Under the pieces are notes generated by a model. That model was given only the letters and a program-made list of their open reading frames with translations, was not told the DNA's origin and searched no databases. From Azolla caroliniana (Eukaryota; Plantae; Polypodiophyta): 64,000 bases of DNA. The translations under genes and the position numbers were made by a program. This document shows positions 37,731-52,154 of the stretch, piece after piece. The stretch's first letter is position 1. Each line of letters starts with the position of its first letter. The DNA lies in assembly GCA_043228905.1 (NCBI GenBank), contig JBHGNT010000010.1, forward strand, positions 12,090,001 to 12,154,000. Reading direction: 5' to 3'.

Positions 37731-40540
37731 TGTGTGTGTGTGTGTGTGTGTGTGCACGTAAGACACAGAGAGAGAGAGAGAGAGAGAGATCGAACAAGAA
37801 ACTGTATATTACTTCTAACAACCACTAAGTTACAAAGGGTTGGTTTAAATACCAACTAGGCTTGGGCAAGTGCCCTTTCAACTATTTACAAAACTAGCAT
37901 GGTGTGTCCATGAGCTAGTGTGAAACCTATCTCTATGGGAAGTTGAGTTCGACTCTCAACACGCCCCTTCAAACACAACTTCCATCTATCGAAAAGTTGT
38001 ATTGGTTTGGTCTTCGGAGTACTTCGATTCGAATGAATCGGCTTCCGGCTTTCATAATCCTACTCATCCAAACTCTTATTCGACTTTTCGGCTTCATGCT
38101 CCTTGGTCGGCTCGACTGTTGCCATCGTACTTCGAATCATCTGGTTGGCTTTGATCAACTGATCGGCTACTTCCGTGTTGGTTGCTTATCGGTTGCTTCC
38201 ATGCTGCCCGTTGTACTCCCCCTCAAGCTTGGCAATGTGGATATCGTGAGACCAAGGTCGGATGCAAATTGCCCGAGCTTGTTGACACCTAAGGCCTTCG
38301 TAAAGATAACAACGACTTGAAGGTGCGTATTGATGTGTTGTAGATCGATTTCTCCGGCCTGAACGTGCTCACGAATGAAGTGGTAGTGCACTTTGATGTG
38401 TTTAGTTTGCGCGTGAAATACGGGGTTGCGAGCCAGGTAAATACTACTCATGTTGTCACAATACAAGCAAATCGGATCTTTGATGGGTACGCCCAGATCC
38501 TTTAGTATGCGCTTTAGCCATACGGCTTCGCATGCAACAACTATCGTGCCCCTGTATTCAACCTCCGTGCTCGACAATGCAATTGTCGGTTGCTTCTTGC
38601 TGCTCCACGAGACCGCTCCGCTGCCGAGGGAGAAGACGAATCCGGATGTCGATCGTCTATCGTTCTTACATCTAGCCCAATCCGCGTCTATGTACCCTTC
38701 GAGTCGAATAAGTGTATTCAACTTGTACATAATACCATAATCCATCGTACCACTAACATACCAAAGTATCCTCTTAGCGCAATCGAGATGGAGATTTCAT
38801 GGGTTCTGCATGAATTGGCTAAGTAGGCCGACATAATAGCTAAGGTCAGGTCGTGTGATGGTTAGGTAGATGAGGTTGTCAATCAATTGGCGATACTAAG
38901 TTGGCTCGCCCTCGACTGTGCCGGAATTGACATTGAGCTTGAGATTATGGTCAAGAGGAGTAGACACAGGTTTGCACTCGGTCATTTCGAACTTGTAGAG
39001 TAAGTTGAGAATGTAGTGTCGTTGAGAGATCAGGATCCTGACTGGTGTCCGAATTACTTTGATGCCAAGGAAGTAATGGAGCTCCTGCATATCTTTCATG
39101 TCAAATCTGCCGGGTAGGAGTGATTTCACCGTATTGACTTCGGCTATATTTAGTCCTTCGATTACCAAATCATCCACGTATAGGATGATGATAATCAGGT
39201 TGTTCCACACGTTTCAGATGTATAGGGAGTTGTCCGATTTCGACATTCGAAATCCGATTTGGTGAAGATACTGCGTGAGCTTCAGATGCCAAGCACCCAG
39301 TGCTTGCTTAAGACCGTAGAGTGGCTTTTTGAGTCTGAACACGGCTTTTGGATGAGTATGTGATTCAAAGCCGGCTGATTGTACCATGTACACCTCCTCT
39401 TCCAATTCGCTTTGAAGAAAGGCGTTCTTTATGTCCACCTGGTGGAGGTGCCACCCTTTCATTGCAACGAGTGCGATCACGGTTTGCACCATTGTCATCT
39501 TTGCCATCGGGGCAAAGGTCTCTTCCTAATCGACTCCATGTGTTTGTGCGTATCCTTTTGCTACGAGTCATGCTTTGAAGCGATTTACGGAGCCGTCGGA
39601 ATTGTGTTTCACTTTGTAAATCCATCTACATCTAATTGCTTTCTTGTGCGGAGATTGAGGAACGAGATCCCATGTCTCATTTTTGCACAAGGCTTGCATT
39701 TCTTCATTCATCGCATCGACCCATCGCGGGTCCTTGGCGGCTTCGGAAAAGGTTTTCGGCTCCCGTACAGTTGCAACCTTCATCATAAAGGCGTAATGGT
39801 ACGCCATGTACTCATCGTAGCCGTATCGACTTACGAGGTTCTTTCCACGGGTGGGCCGACAAAGTTTTTCATTTGCAGCCGCAATGGCCTTCAAACTCAC
39901 TGTGATTTGACTCACTGTCCATCAAGTCTTCATATTCTGGCATTTTCGCCTTCCCTTTGTCCAGCTTCGGAGTCGGCCGAGATGTGCTTTGATTGCTCGG
40001 AGGCTCTGGAGGCCCACTAAGCCTTGTCGTAATCGGGCTTTCTTCGAACATGTGCGTGAGGCGATCTTCGTCTTCTATCTCTATTTCGGCGGATTTCGGG
40101 TAGAGCGGAATCAGAGTCAAAGTTGTCTCTAGTGCGTACCAGGATGCGACCTCGTCGAAAACGATGTCTCGACTTACTCGAGCTTTTCGAGTTGAGGGGT
40201 TATAGCACTTGTACCCCCTTTTCTCTAGTGAGTATCCTACGAGGATACATTTCTCCAACTTCGGGTCGAGCTTTTGTCGTGTCTCGTCGAGAGTATGCAC
40301 ATAGGCCATTGAACTGAAAATACACACATGTGATAACTCAGGCTTCTTTCTGAAAAACATCTCATACGGGGTTATGTCGTGTACCCCTGAGGTTGTACAC
40401 CTGTTCATGAGGTATACGGCTGTGGTAGCTGCTTCTGCCCAGAATGATTTCAGTAGGTTCTTCTCGTTCATCATTGCTCGTGAAACCTCTACTATGTGCT
40501 GATTTTTCCGCTCAGCTATGCCGTTTGGCTGAGGTGTGTG
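37731..40540 (-). mobile_element. Copia 3' half: integrase, RT, RNase H, PPT, 3' LTR (starting at 37961)
   Basis: TPQPNGIAERKN; LYVDDLVI; SWSSKKQPTIALSSTEVEY; GAAGGGGCG then TGTTGAGAG. Confidence 0.9.
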
Positions 40541-41334
40541 CCAGCATACACCCTCCTCCTCCTTGAGACGGGATCGCTTCCCATTGAGATCATGGCCATG
40601 GAAAGGGTTGTTGAATACATGCTTAAGGTTCAAAAAAGCCCCTCACATCAACTTCCTAGAATTGCATGGGAAGCAAGCAAAAAGATCCAAGATGCATAAA
40701 AACAAAATTTTGTGTTCCGGTTGGATGCAAGATTTAGAAAAATGGTTTGGTAGATGGGATGCAAGACACTTGCTTCATGATGCGTCACTAGATTCCTCTG
40801 TAAATGAGGCCTTTTTGCAACGCCAATGTATCATAACATGGGACAAATATGGTGGTTCACGCTTCACACATTATACTACAAATGTTGCACCTAACTACAA
40901 AACCATATTCTTCGCGGAACGGGGAAGCCGTACACATCGATACATGTTAGAGCCCATCTCGATATCTGCCATTCGAACCATTGCTTCCATACGACTTAGC
41001 TCGCACGCATTGAGATGTGAGACGGGGCGTTGGGGCACAAGTGATGAGAGTGGCAGACTATGCACACTTTGCCCTAAACAAGTTCGAGAGTCTGAGTATC
41101 ACACTTTGATATAATGCTCTGCCTTTGATCATATTCGACTGTGCTTTCCACATCTCTTCGATCGAGCCCAATCCTTGCACGAATTTCTCTCACAACCACG
41201 ATGTGCACTCTCAATTGCAACATTTATTGGTAAAGTTCTTGAACATCAAGAGTTGCTACTCACCTTCACACGTATCACGTGAAATGTAATATTTTTGGTC
41301 TCATAGGTCATATTTGACCTCCGAAGATGAGAAT

Positions 41335-41376
<42 letters not shown>
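40541..41376 (+). mobile_element. 5'-truncated non-LTR retrotransposon (RTE-X/L2-like ORF2 C-terminus) ending in a (TC)n tail
   Basis: IRLSSHALRCETGRW..RLCTLC..ESEYHTLI.C..F.HIR zinc-motif pattern; short 3' UTR then (TC)n at about 41339-41376. Clade assignment is from motif recall. Confidence 0.75.
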
Positions 41377-41377
<1 letters not shown>

Positions 41378-44286
41378 ACTCAACCATATCAGAAACGCAT
41401 GAAATACACACAATTTACAAATAAGATATCCATATTTATGCCATTTCTACGTGCCCACAAGTTTGTACTCATACAAAGGAATGATACATACATTATTTAC
41501 GTCTTGGACACTGAAGGCTTTTGGATTCAAGTTGTATTAAACGAGCTACAAGTACTTCTGAACGACACACACTATCACCCTCTATTGCAACAACCAATCC
41601 TTACAGTATCAAGCTAAAAACACTCCAAAGATGAGGATGACATCCATCATGTATCCTTCAAACATTACCGTCTAAAAGACCAAGTTGAAGAAAATTATCC
41701 ATGTGGAACAACTTTTTCATAAAACTTGTTCCCAAGACAAATAAGAATAAATCATTATTATCTAGTGAAATGTTTTGTAAAACATATCATGAAACTTCAA
41801 GCAAAAATGCTCTACCACAAATTATACAATTGAGTGCCATCTAACATCTAGCTCAACACAAGTAAACTAGTAGAGCATCATAGAACTATGCCATTGACAA
41901 ATCTCTTGAACAACCACACATTCTTAGAAGATGATATTTTTCTCCATATGTACAAAGTTTCACAATCAAGAGGATCCAAATGAGCATATCGTGTCAATCC
42001 TCGATATTTTGAATGTAAACCTCTTGTCAAGAGGACCTCAAGGGCGGTATAGTTGTTTTGTTTGTCCTTACAACAACTTTACAAGTTGAGGCGATAAGCT
42101 GATTCAACCAATTTGGTCCCAAATGTTTTGCCAACATTAATCAATAACTTGCAATTAATATTTTTACATTGGTTCCAAAGAGGAACTCGTTGTCACAAAC
42201 ACGTAGTGAAATTTCTCGTATTAGATATTAGGTGAAATGGTGGCACACATATTTGTGGTTTGCTTAAAGCAAATGTTGACATGGCTAAATCCATGTGTGG
42301 TAATAGGTACAACATGCCATTTTTAAACACACTTATGTGTTTGTTGTGCATGACATTATATGCACGACTACATTCCATTTCACAAAATAGGGCTCCATGT
42401 CAAATTGTTGGTTTGGACTATGGATGATCAACAAGACTCCCACAACCAATGTCCACAACATCATTCCTAAGCATCTTGGATGAAGAGACAAATATTTCAT
42501 GCAATGTTTTGTCAAAAGTGTGTACCCACGCACTCACAATATTATGTATATGCCAGATGTGGGATCAATGTTATCAAAGTCTTCTCACCAATATATGTAT
42601 GCATGGATGATGCGGTTACCCAATGCCTCGCTTTGATCATCTTAAAAGAGAAAATTGGAAATAGAGAAGAACTCGCCCATTGCAAAAGAGTATATAACTT
42701 GGTTGAAGGACCTTGTGGCTCTATAAGGGACAATGTATTTTCATACTTTGACAGGATCGACCGATAAGCAGTTTACGAAGCATTGCCAAGTGTTAGTCAA
42801 CATGCCGAGCATGAGATCAATAATCTATTCATCCAAACACACTGTTGAGAATCAAGCTCAACTTGGTCTAGTGTGTGAACTCACCTTGAGAGTGAATAGA
42901 CACTCCAACGGTCAAGAGTCACCATTATGTCACCACTTTGTATTCTAGCATTTAGTATGAGTCATAGAATCATATTCTATGACACATAACTTATGAGCTT
43001 TCACATTCCCCATGCTCCATGAGTCTTGTATTTAATGAAGAGAGAGGGTGACTATATAAAGCACCCTCCTCCCACCTTGTACAATGTCCTGTCTTACTCC
43101 TTGTCTCTCTCTCTCACACACACACACTCTCTCTCATACACACACACACAACTCATATCTATTCTGCTGCACAGAATCAATCTCTTGATTATTTACATGG
43201 TATTAGAGCGACTTGGTAGCTCGATCTACCCCATCTGCGTGTGTTGTGTCCTACGTCGACGACCAAGAACCAGCTCATCGCTATCGTAGCTTCGCTACAT
43301 AGCTCGCATTCGAAGAGAGAAGAAGAATAATAATAATAATCGACATAATGAATACTCAAATGGGGAGTGCTCTCCCTACCGAGAAGTTGGATCGAAACAA
43401 CTTTGCATCTTGGGAGTACAAGATGCACCAATACCTTGTCGGACAAGGCTATTGGAGCTACATCAAAGGAGCACACGAAGACCGACCCATCGAAACGGCT
43501 CCCGGATACGCGACATGGGAGCAAGCCGCAAGCCGCAAGCCGCGTGATGTATTGCTTGGCGACATGTGTTCACGATCACATGCTTGGCTACATTCACAAA
43601 GTCAAGACGCCGAACGAGGCATGGGAAAATCTACGAAAGATTTTCGCGGCGAACACAACCGCAAGAAGGCTTCAACTCCGCCAAGAGTTGAACAACATTC
43701 AACAAAGAGACATGTCCATCACGACATACACGTTGAAGATCAAGGATCTTTGTGACTCGCTGGGCTCGATAAGCGTAAATATCGATGATGATGAGATGGT
43801 GCAAATATGCCTCGGCGGCCTCGCACCACGGTTCGGCGTGATGCGAACCGCCGTTCTAGCAAGATAGAAATCTCCCTCCTTCTTCGAGCTCCAATCAATG
43901 CTATTGGTCGAAGAAAACCACGTGCGTACAAGGAGCAATGAGTCGGAATGCCACATGCTCTACACACACTCGAATAGAGGAAGAGGACGTGGACGAGCGA
44001 GAGGCCGATTCGGCCAAGGACAAGGCGGACGAGGTCCGACCTACGACAAAAACTTCCAATTTCGACCGCAAAACGGAAGCCAACGAGGAACCTTCACAAG
44101 AAGGGGGAGCTTCCACTCCGGCCCGAGCCGTCGAAATGCAACCGAATGCGGATATTGCGGAAAGCTCGGCCACCACGAAGAAGAGTGCCGAAAGAAGATG
44201 CGCGAATCGGCTTCCACAAGCCAACAACGCACGAATTACGCACACAATTCTGACTACGAAGAGTATAGCGGAATGTACGAGCACAA

Positions 44287-44955
44287 TGTTGGGATTTCGG
44301 TCCCTCCGGATGGGATGTCCGGAGATGAATGACGGCAAGCCCGGTTGCGGTTACGGAGCCGGATGACGAAGACCCCGGCTACGGAGCCGGATGCTGAAGA
44401 CCCCGGCTACGGAGACGGATGATGAATACCCCGGCTACGGAGCCGGATGCTGAAGACCCCGGTTACGGAGCCGGATGACGAATGTACCCGGAGGGAGATC
44501 CGGATGCGGGGACACATTTGTGAATATGTTTGCCAAGAGCCCTTGAGGCTATACTTGTAAATAGCCCGAAAGTCATATGTGTATAAATATGACTTAGGGC
44601 AAACAGTTGTTTTTTTCTGGTTGCTCATTTTTCATGCGAAGCGAGAGCAGCCGAGAGAGAGAGAGAGATAGAGCGCGAGAGAGACGAAGAGGTAGACGCC
44701 TCTGTGTACTTCCGCCGCCTGTGGCGAGGACAGCGAGCTCAAGGTCGTTGCCTTGCAGCTCGCCATTGTATATTTCTCTGTGCATAGTTTGGTTTTGGAG
44801 TCTCGCACTCCCGTGGTTTTTCCCGTATAGGGTTTTCCACGTTAATCCCTGTGTATCGCGTCTTTCTCTGTATTTCCTATTTTCTGCTACATTGATCCGC
44901 GATTAATCGGTTGTGGCCGAGTGGTGAAGGTGAATCCAAGCGGTGATTCCCAACA
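44287..44955 (+). mobile_element. Solo copia LTR with internal roughly 27-bp tandem repeats
   Basis: TGTTGGGA...TCCCAACA, TSD CACAA; CCCGGCTACGGAGCCGGATG units at about 44340-44490. Confidence 0.92.
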
Positions 44956-46370
44956 CACAACTCTGACTACGAAGATCGTGGCGGAATGTTCATGATGAAA
45001 CATAGAGCAAACTCTATGTCGGCCTCTACCTCAACTAGTGCCCTCAATCCGGAGGACGTATGGTTTGTTGACTACGGAGTCTCAAATCATATGACATCTC
45101 ATAAAGAATGGTTTCTCGAACTTCAAGAGTCGGAGCGACCTGGTTATGTCGAAACTGGAGATGACGCTACGCACCCGATTCAGCACATCGGCAATGTTCC
45201 GTTCGGCGAAAGAGGTAAGCAAACATATAATAAAAATGTCTTGCATGTTCCCACCATCATGAAGAATTTGGTCTCGGTCGGCCAAATGGTTGAGCAAGGG
45301 ATGCAAGTACGATTCGACCAAGATGGGTGCCTCATCGAAAAAGAGGGCCGAATCATCGCGCACGGAAGAAGAGAGGGTCGGATGTTCATTCTCAATTCAC
45401 ACGAGATGAAATCTGCCATTTTCGCAAAAATCACGAAAGCCGACTCCGACATAGAACTATGGCACAAGCGAATTGGCCACATCAATCTCAACAAACTCAA
45501 AGCAATGAAATCAAAAGGAGTCGTCATCAAACTCTCAACATTCAAAGAGAAGGAGATTGAAGGTGTATGCGAAGCGTGCCAATTCGACAAGCAACACCAA
45601 CACCCATTCCCGAAAGAGCGGAATGTGAGCAAAGGTCTACTCGACGTAGTCCATTCCGACGTATGGGGACCGGTGCAGACGGCTACATTCGGCGGATGCC
45701 GATATTACATGCTCTTCATCGACGACTTCTCCAGGCACACGTGGCTCTATCCGATGCGACAAAAGAGCGAAGTGTTCAAACACTTCCAAAGGTTTAAAAA
45801 CGAAGTCGAAAAAGCCACTGATCGTCATGTACGATACCTTCGATTAGATGGAGGCAAGGAGTACTTCTCGAACGATTTCACGACGTATCTCCGAAAGGAA
45901 GGAATTTGGCGAGAATTCACTTGCCGACACACTCCACAACAAAACGGAGTAGCCGAGCGCAAAAATCAGCACATCCTCAAAGTAGCGTGGGCCATGATGA
46001 ACGAGAAGCATATGCCCAAGTCATATTGGGCCGAAGCTGCAAATACGGTCGTCTACCTAATGAACCGATGCACAACATCCGGCGTGCACGAGGTCATTCC
46101 GCACGAGAAATACTTCGGAAAGAAGTCGGACTTATCGCACACTCGGATATTCGGCGCGATAGCATACGTGCACATACCCGACAAAAAGCGGCAAAAGCTA
46201 GATCCAAAGTCGAAGAAATGTATCCTCGTAGGATACTCACTCGAACAAAAGGGGTACAAATGCTACAACCCATCTACCCAAAAAGTTTGAGTAAGTCGAG
46301 ACGCCGTTTTCGACGAATCCACATCTTGGTACGCACTAGAGAAGATTCCGACTTCGACCCCGATCAACGC

Positions 46371-47611
46371 TGTTGTGAAGATTTTCGACAATGGTGTGAA
46401 AATCAAATAAAATGTACGAAATCGAGTGTGATTCATATAAAACAATAATAGTGAAGATACTAATTTAAATATGTTTAATAACTTAGTACAAAAAGATGGA
46501 GGTCTTCAAGAGCTTTCAAATGTGCTTTACCACATAAAAAACGGACATCTAAATGACAAGTTATGTGGGAGTGAAGTATGAGAAGGAAGAAGAGAAAAAT
46601 AAAACTGTGAGATCCCACATAGACAGGAAATAAGGATCTCACCATATATAAGGTAGAGCAAAAGCTATTATCTATGTGTCTATGTGTGGAGCATAGAGAG
46701 TTCAAGGTGACTTGAACTAAGCTATTGGATGAATGGGTGTGGCTTGGCAACTTGCAAAGGTTTTGCCAAACCAAAACCGGATCGGTAATGTAACCGGCAT
46801 TCGGCAACGGAACCAAGACCCAGTGACCAAACGATAACCGGCATATGGCATCCAGCGACGGAACCAACAACCGAACGGTAACCGGAACTGGCATCCGGCG
46901 ACCAAACGGTAATCGGAACTGGCATCCGGCGACGGAACCGAAATCCGGCGAGCGACAGTAACCGGCGTCATCCGGCATCCGACGACCGAATAGATATATA
47001 AATAAATAAATAAATACATGTATACACATATATATATACACAAGGAGTGCAAGTGTGAATTTGAACCTTGCACCTCCAAGTTGAGAGTCTATAGGCTTAC
47101 CACTAAGCCAAGACATTTTCTTAAAGTAATATTTTTATCATTGGAACTTTACATGTAAATTCTCATACATGAGAGGTAAAATGAGTGACGTGGTTATCAT
47201 GCACCACATGTAATACATGAGCGCCAAATGGCAAACATGCATTTTATGCATTTCTTGAGCCCTCAAATGCATGAGGGCATCTATAAAAGAGGGGATGAAA
47301 AAGATCAAAGGGGGATTTGTAATGTAAAATTCTTATCAAGAGCTTTGTACTTTAAATCAAAATTAATATTAAGAAGAAAATTCATGATCCTTTTGATGAT
47401 ATATCTTGTTCTTCAAATCTAAAGTCAAGAGTTCAATCTTAATCTCTCTCTCGATCTAAAATCAAGCTATCTATCTTATCTCAATCTCTCTCTCTTTCAA
47501 TCTATCTTAAATCCTTTCTCGCTAAAGCTAGCGCCAACTTCGAGTCCTTCCGGTCCAGAACCTCGGCGGTTCCGCCTCACGATCCGCACGTAGTGACGGA
47601 TCTTCACGACA
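46371..47611 (+). mobile_element. 1.24-kb solo LTR, possibly Ty3/gypsy type
   Basis: 12-bp inverted termini TGTTGTGAAGAT / ATCTTCACGACA; apparent 4-bp TSD ACGC/ATGC; CTATAAAAG at 47281; removing it restores the host frame (PINAEPAEQE). Confidence 0.8.
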
Positions 47612-50600
47612 ATGCGGAACCGGCCGAACAAGAGCGAGAAGGTGGAGATTGCCTCGAAGACATGTTCGAAGATAGCCTGATTACCACAAGGCTAAGTGGG
47701 CCACAAGAGCCCCCGAGCGATCAAAGCACATCACGGCCTAGCCCAAAGATGGACGAAGGCAAGGCGAAAATGTCGGAATACGAAGACGATCACTTCAATG
47801 ACGATGAGTTGACCCACTCACTCGACAATGAGTTCGGCGGCTTCGATGTACCAATCGGAGCTAAGAAAGCCCTCATCTCTACAAATGAAAAGCTCTGTCG
47901 CTCCACCTGTGAAAAGAATCCGGTCAGCCGATTCGGCTACAACAACTACCTGGCATATCACTATGCCTTTATGATGAAGGTGGCGACAATACGTGAGCCG
48001 GAAACATATTCCGAAGTAGCCAAGGATCCGCGATGGATTGAAGCGATGAATGAGGAGATGCAGGCACTATGCAAGAACGAGACGTGGGATCTCGTTCCCA
48101 CCTCACCACACAAAAAGGCAATCGGATGCAGATGGATTTACAAAGTGAAGTACAACGTCGATGGTTCCGTCAAGCGCGACTCGTAGCGAAAGGCTACGCA
48201 CAAACGCTCGGCTTTGACTACGAAGAGACCTTTGCCCCGGTGGCAAAGATGACGACGGTACGGACCGTAATTGCGCTTGCCGCGACAAAAGGGTGGCACC
48301 TCCATCAAATGGACGTCAAGAACGCCTTTCTACAAGGCGAATTAGACGAGGAGGTGTACATGATACAACCACCCGGCTTCAACTCGAGCACCCATCCGAA
48401 AGATGTATGCCGACTCAAGAAGCCACTCTACGGCCTCAAGAAAGCACCGCGTGCTTGGCATTCGAAGATAACACAATATCTTCATCAAATCGGCTTCCGT
48501 ATGTCAAAATCGGACAACTCCCTCTACATATGAAGCGATTCCGCAAGTTCGATCGTCATCATCTTATATGTGGATGACCTAGTCATTGGAGGTGAGCATC
48601 TCGTCGAAATCAATAAGGTCAAATCCCTCCTTTCCGACAAGTTCGAGATGACGAACATGAAGGAGCTCCACTACTTCCTGGGCATCAAGGTAATTCGGAC
48701 TCCGGCCGGAATCATGATCTCTCAACGACACTACATCCTCAACTTGTTATACAAGTTCAGTATGGCTGAGTGCAAATCCGCGGCAACCCCGCTCGATCGC
48801 AATCTCAAACTTGATGCAAACTCTGGCACCAAAGCATGTGAGTCAACGGGAGTCTCATCTACCTCACGATCACACGACTCGATCTCAGTTATGTGGTCGG
48901 TCTCCTTAGCCAATTCATGCAAACACCGCGTGATACTCACTTGGATTGCGCTAAGCAAGTTCTACGATACGTGAGCGGCACAATGGATTGCGGCATCCTC
49001 TACAAGACTGCAATGCCAATACGACTTGAGGGGTACACAGACGCTGATTGGGCCGGCTACAGAGCCGATAGAAGATCAACCTCCATATTTGTTTTTTCCC
49101 TCGGTAGCGGAGCAATATCCTGGAGCAGCAAAAAGCAACCAACTGTCGCTCTTTCAAGCACAGAGGCGAAGGATCCGACTTCCCTTTACTGCGACAACAT
49201 GAGCAATATCTATCTGGCTTGGAACCCGGTGTTCCACGTGCGGACAAAGCACATCGAAGTGCATTATCATTTCATCCGAGAGCGCGTTCTAGCTGGCGAT
49301 GTCGACCTACAACACATTAGCACCAATCTTCAAATGGCCGACATCTTCACTAAAGCCTTAGGAGCCGACAAGTTATGGAAATTCATGACCGATCTCGGAT
49401 TGACGATCCCTAACCTGCCAAGCTTGAGGGGGAGTACTGAAGACACTATGTAATAACGCGTGGATTCCGCAACCGCGCAACGAAGCCATGAAGAGCCGAT
49501 CTACCGCGCAAAGCCGCAAAGAAAGACGCAAGCCGAAGCACAGACTTCGCAACTACGCACAACGCAAGCTAGAGCACGGATTCCGCAACCCCGCATAAAT
49601 GCGAGTCGATGTAGACTCCGGAACGCGAGTCGAAGTGTATTTCGGATACCGTCTGAAACCAACCCGACTTGAGCTTGAGGGGGCGTGTTGAGAATCAAGC
49701 TCAACTTGGTCTAGTGTGTGAACTCACCTTGAGAGTGAATAGACACTCCAACGGTTAAGAGTCACCATTATGTCACCACTTTGTATTCTAGCATTTAGTA
49801 TGAGTCATAGAATCATATTCTATGACACATAACTTATGAGCTTTCACATTCCCCATGCTCCATGAGTCTTGTAGTTAATGAAGAGAGAGGGTGACTATAT
49901 AAAGCACCCTCCTCCCACCTTGTACAATGTCCTGTCTTACTCCTTGTCTCTCTCACTCTCTCTCTCTCTCTCTCATACACACACACAACTCATATCTATT
50001 CCACTGCACAAAATCCATCTCTTGATTATTTTCACACACATAGAACTAGTCAGACTAGGAACTTCATCTAGACCTTGTTGGGAATTAAAGATTAGGTGAT
50101 CACTAAGGATGAGCTTACTTACTACCAACAAAGCCAAAGACAAGGAAAGAATTCATAAAACACCATAACAAAAAAGAGTAGAACAATTGGAATGATCCTC
50201 CACATGCAAAGAACGACAAAAAGAGTAGAACAAAACTAAGGAACGTCGTTCTTGATGAAATCAAGGTCTAGTAATAATGACATCAGCAATCACCAATGAC
50301 GGAGTTGGTCATGAGGATGGAAAGAATATGGAGTCGTGTTGGTGGCTAGTACAAACTACGATGAATAATGAAAGAGAAGAACTTTTTCCTCTTATAGTTA
50401 CTCTTGTTAATCCATTTTTATGGTGTTACAAGCATCTCAAGCAATGCCATCATAGATATAGACAAGGCAAGAACAATATCTTCAAACTGCATTACCTTTG
50501 TCGAGCATTGTCATTTGTCACTTTGATAGTTAGAAAGTTGTTCTTAAACTTCCACTTAACATGCCTTAGGTCCAACCTCATTTGCTAGGCTATTTTGAGA

Positions 50601-52154
50601 TTTCCCTTGCCTATTGCTCATACATGCACTCAATCATTTTCGAAAAACATTAGCATTATTGCATCATACATCTCAAGCACATATGCCCTCACTATGAACT
50701 ACATGTAGCTACCATTATGTGAACATAGTTGACGTTATGTGAACACAATTGAAGGCAATCTTGGCATGAACAGAGCTTAATGTTGCAGCAAAAAACAAGG
50801 CATATTATGCCAAGCATGACAAGACACACTTCAATCTTTCCGCATAAAGAATGTCACCACTATTTTATTCATGTACTTTTACCTCCCCATTGTCAAAATG
50901 CTGATAACAAAATGTGGTCCTTTCTGCCTACTCTTATTTCTATATCCTGGTAAACAAAGTCATAAAAGAGAGAAAGTAATGCCACAAACATCCTTACTCT
51001 TATTTCTATATCCCACTAAACTGGTCATAAAGAAAGAGGTAGTGCCACAAACACCCTTCCAGTTGAAATATCACTATTAATAAAAACTAAATGCAAAATA
51101 TCTTCATGACATTAATAAAGCATAAAAGTTCTCAGCAATTCTGATATACTAAATAAAATTTCGCACTACTGAAATAGTTATTATACAAACAAAAAATGAA
51201 TCAAAATGTCTATTAATTTGTATTACGATACAGCAAAATGGATATCCAAATTCGTTCCATTCCTAGGACAATATAACCAGCAATTTTTCCACTTTTGTGA
51301 ATATTGCTAGTGTGCCACGTGACACATCTTTGCATTTATCAAAGTGACCAATAATAATCAGCATTCCTATTTTGCACAGCAAGATCAAAGATCATCTTTT
51401 GTATAACAAACATAATTAGAGCAAAGAGATAAGAGTACAGAATTTTCTGTTTCTGAAGGTATCAATATATCTTAACATTCGGTTGTCTTCATACATCTCC
51501 AAACTGAGAAATAAAACTTTCATGGTATACATTGAAAGGTCTGCTTTCTTGTCAGGTCAAACGGATCACGTAAAGAAATAATAGATTCACCTAGAGCAGC
51601 AGTATGACAAAAAATATTTGAATTTCTGTTTTAAGAAATAGGAGTTTGGGAAGATTCAACCTCTTATCTTGAGTGTATAGACCACTAGATATATAAAGTT
51701 CAACAAATGCAGTGGCTAATAGAGTGAAAAATAAATCTCAATTAGCAACCTGTGGCCATCCTTCTCTGATAGTCACTTTTAAATGGAAATGTTTCCTTAG
51801 AGGTCGAGAATTCATGTATATATATGACCAGTCATAACTCCAAAACTCTTACGAACTTGCAGAACCTCAAACAAGCAAATATAAAGTAAACCATAGGTCG
51901 GAGTTAAATTCCCACTGCCGCTTGCCCCTGCCCCTGCCCCTTGGTTACCAAAAAAATGACAATTCCCTCCCCCACTCAAGGGAATAGAAAGGAAAGAAAA
52001 GAAAAACAGAGTCCCTTCTGCCCTATGATCTATATTGCACTCCAGAACAAGGTGAGGCATTACAGAACTCTCGCTTGGAATCCAATTCCACCTTTTTCTA
52101 TATATATATATATCTTGCTGATACAAATATTTGTGAATGTGAAGAAACAGTTGA

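Larger units (their letters stand above)
42843..50034 (+). mobile_element. Full-length Ty1/copia retrotransposon (LTRs 42843-43197 and 49686-50034) carrying two solo-LTR insertions
   Basis: TSD CACAC on both sides; near-identical LTRs; PBS at 43198; gag, CGYCGKLGHHEEEC, protease/integrase ORF 44986-46290, RT and RNase H fragments. Confidence 0.95.

Noticed and set aside
41400-42840. Mutator-like remnant (SWIM-like CCTYYHTW..PCQHLL on the minus strand near 42290)
   Set aside because: Only one weak, stop-interrupted motif; too decayed to call without a search.
44340-44490. CRISPR-like repeat array
   Set aside because: Head-to-tail repeats with no unique spacers, inside a solo LTR in eukaryotic DNA.
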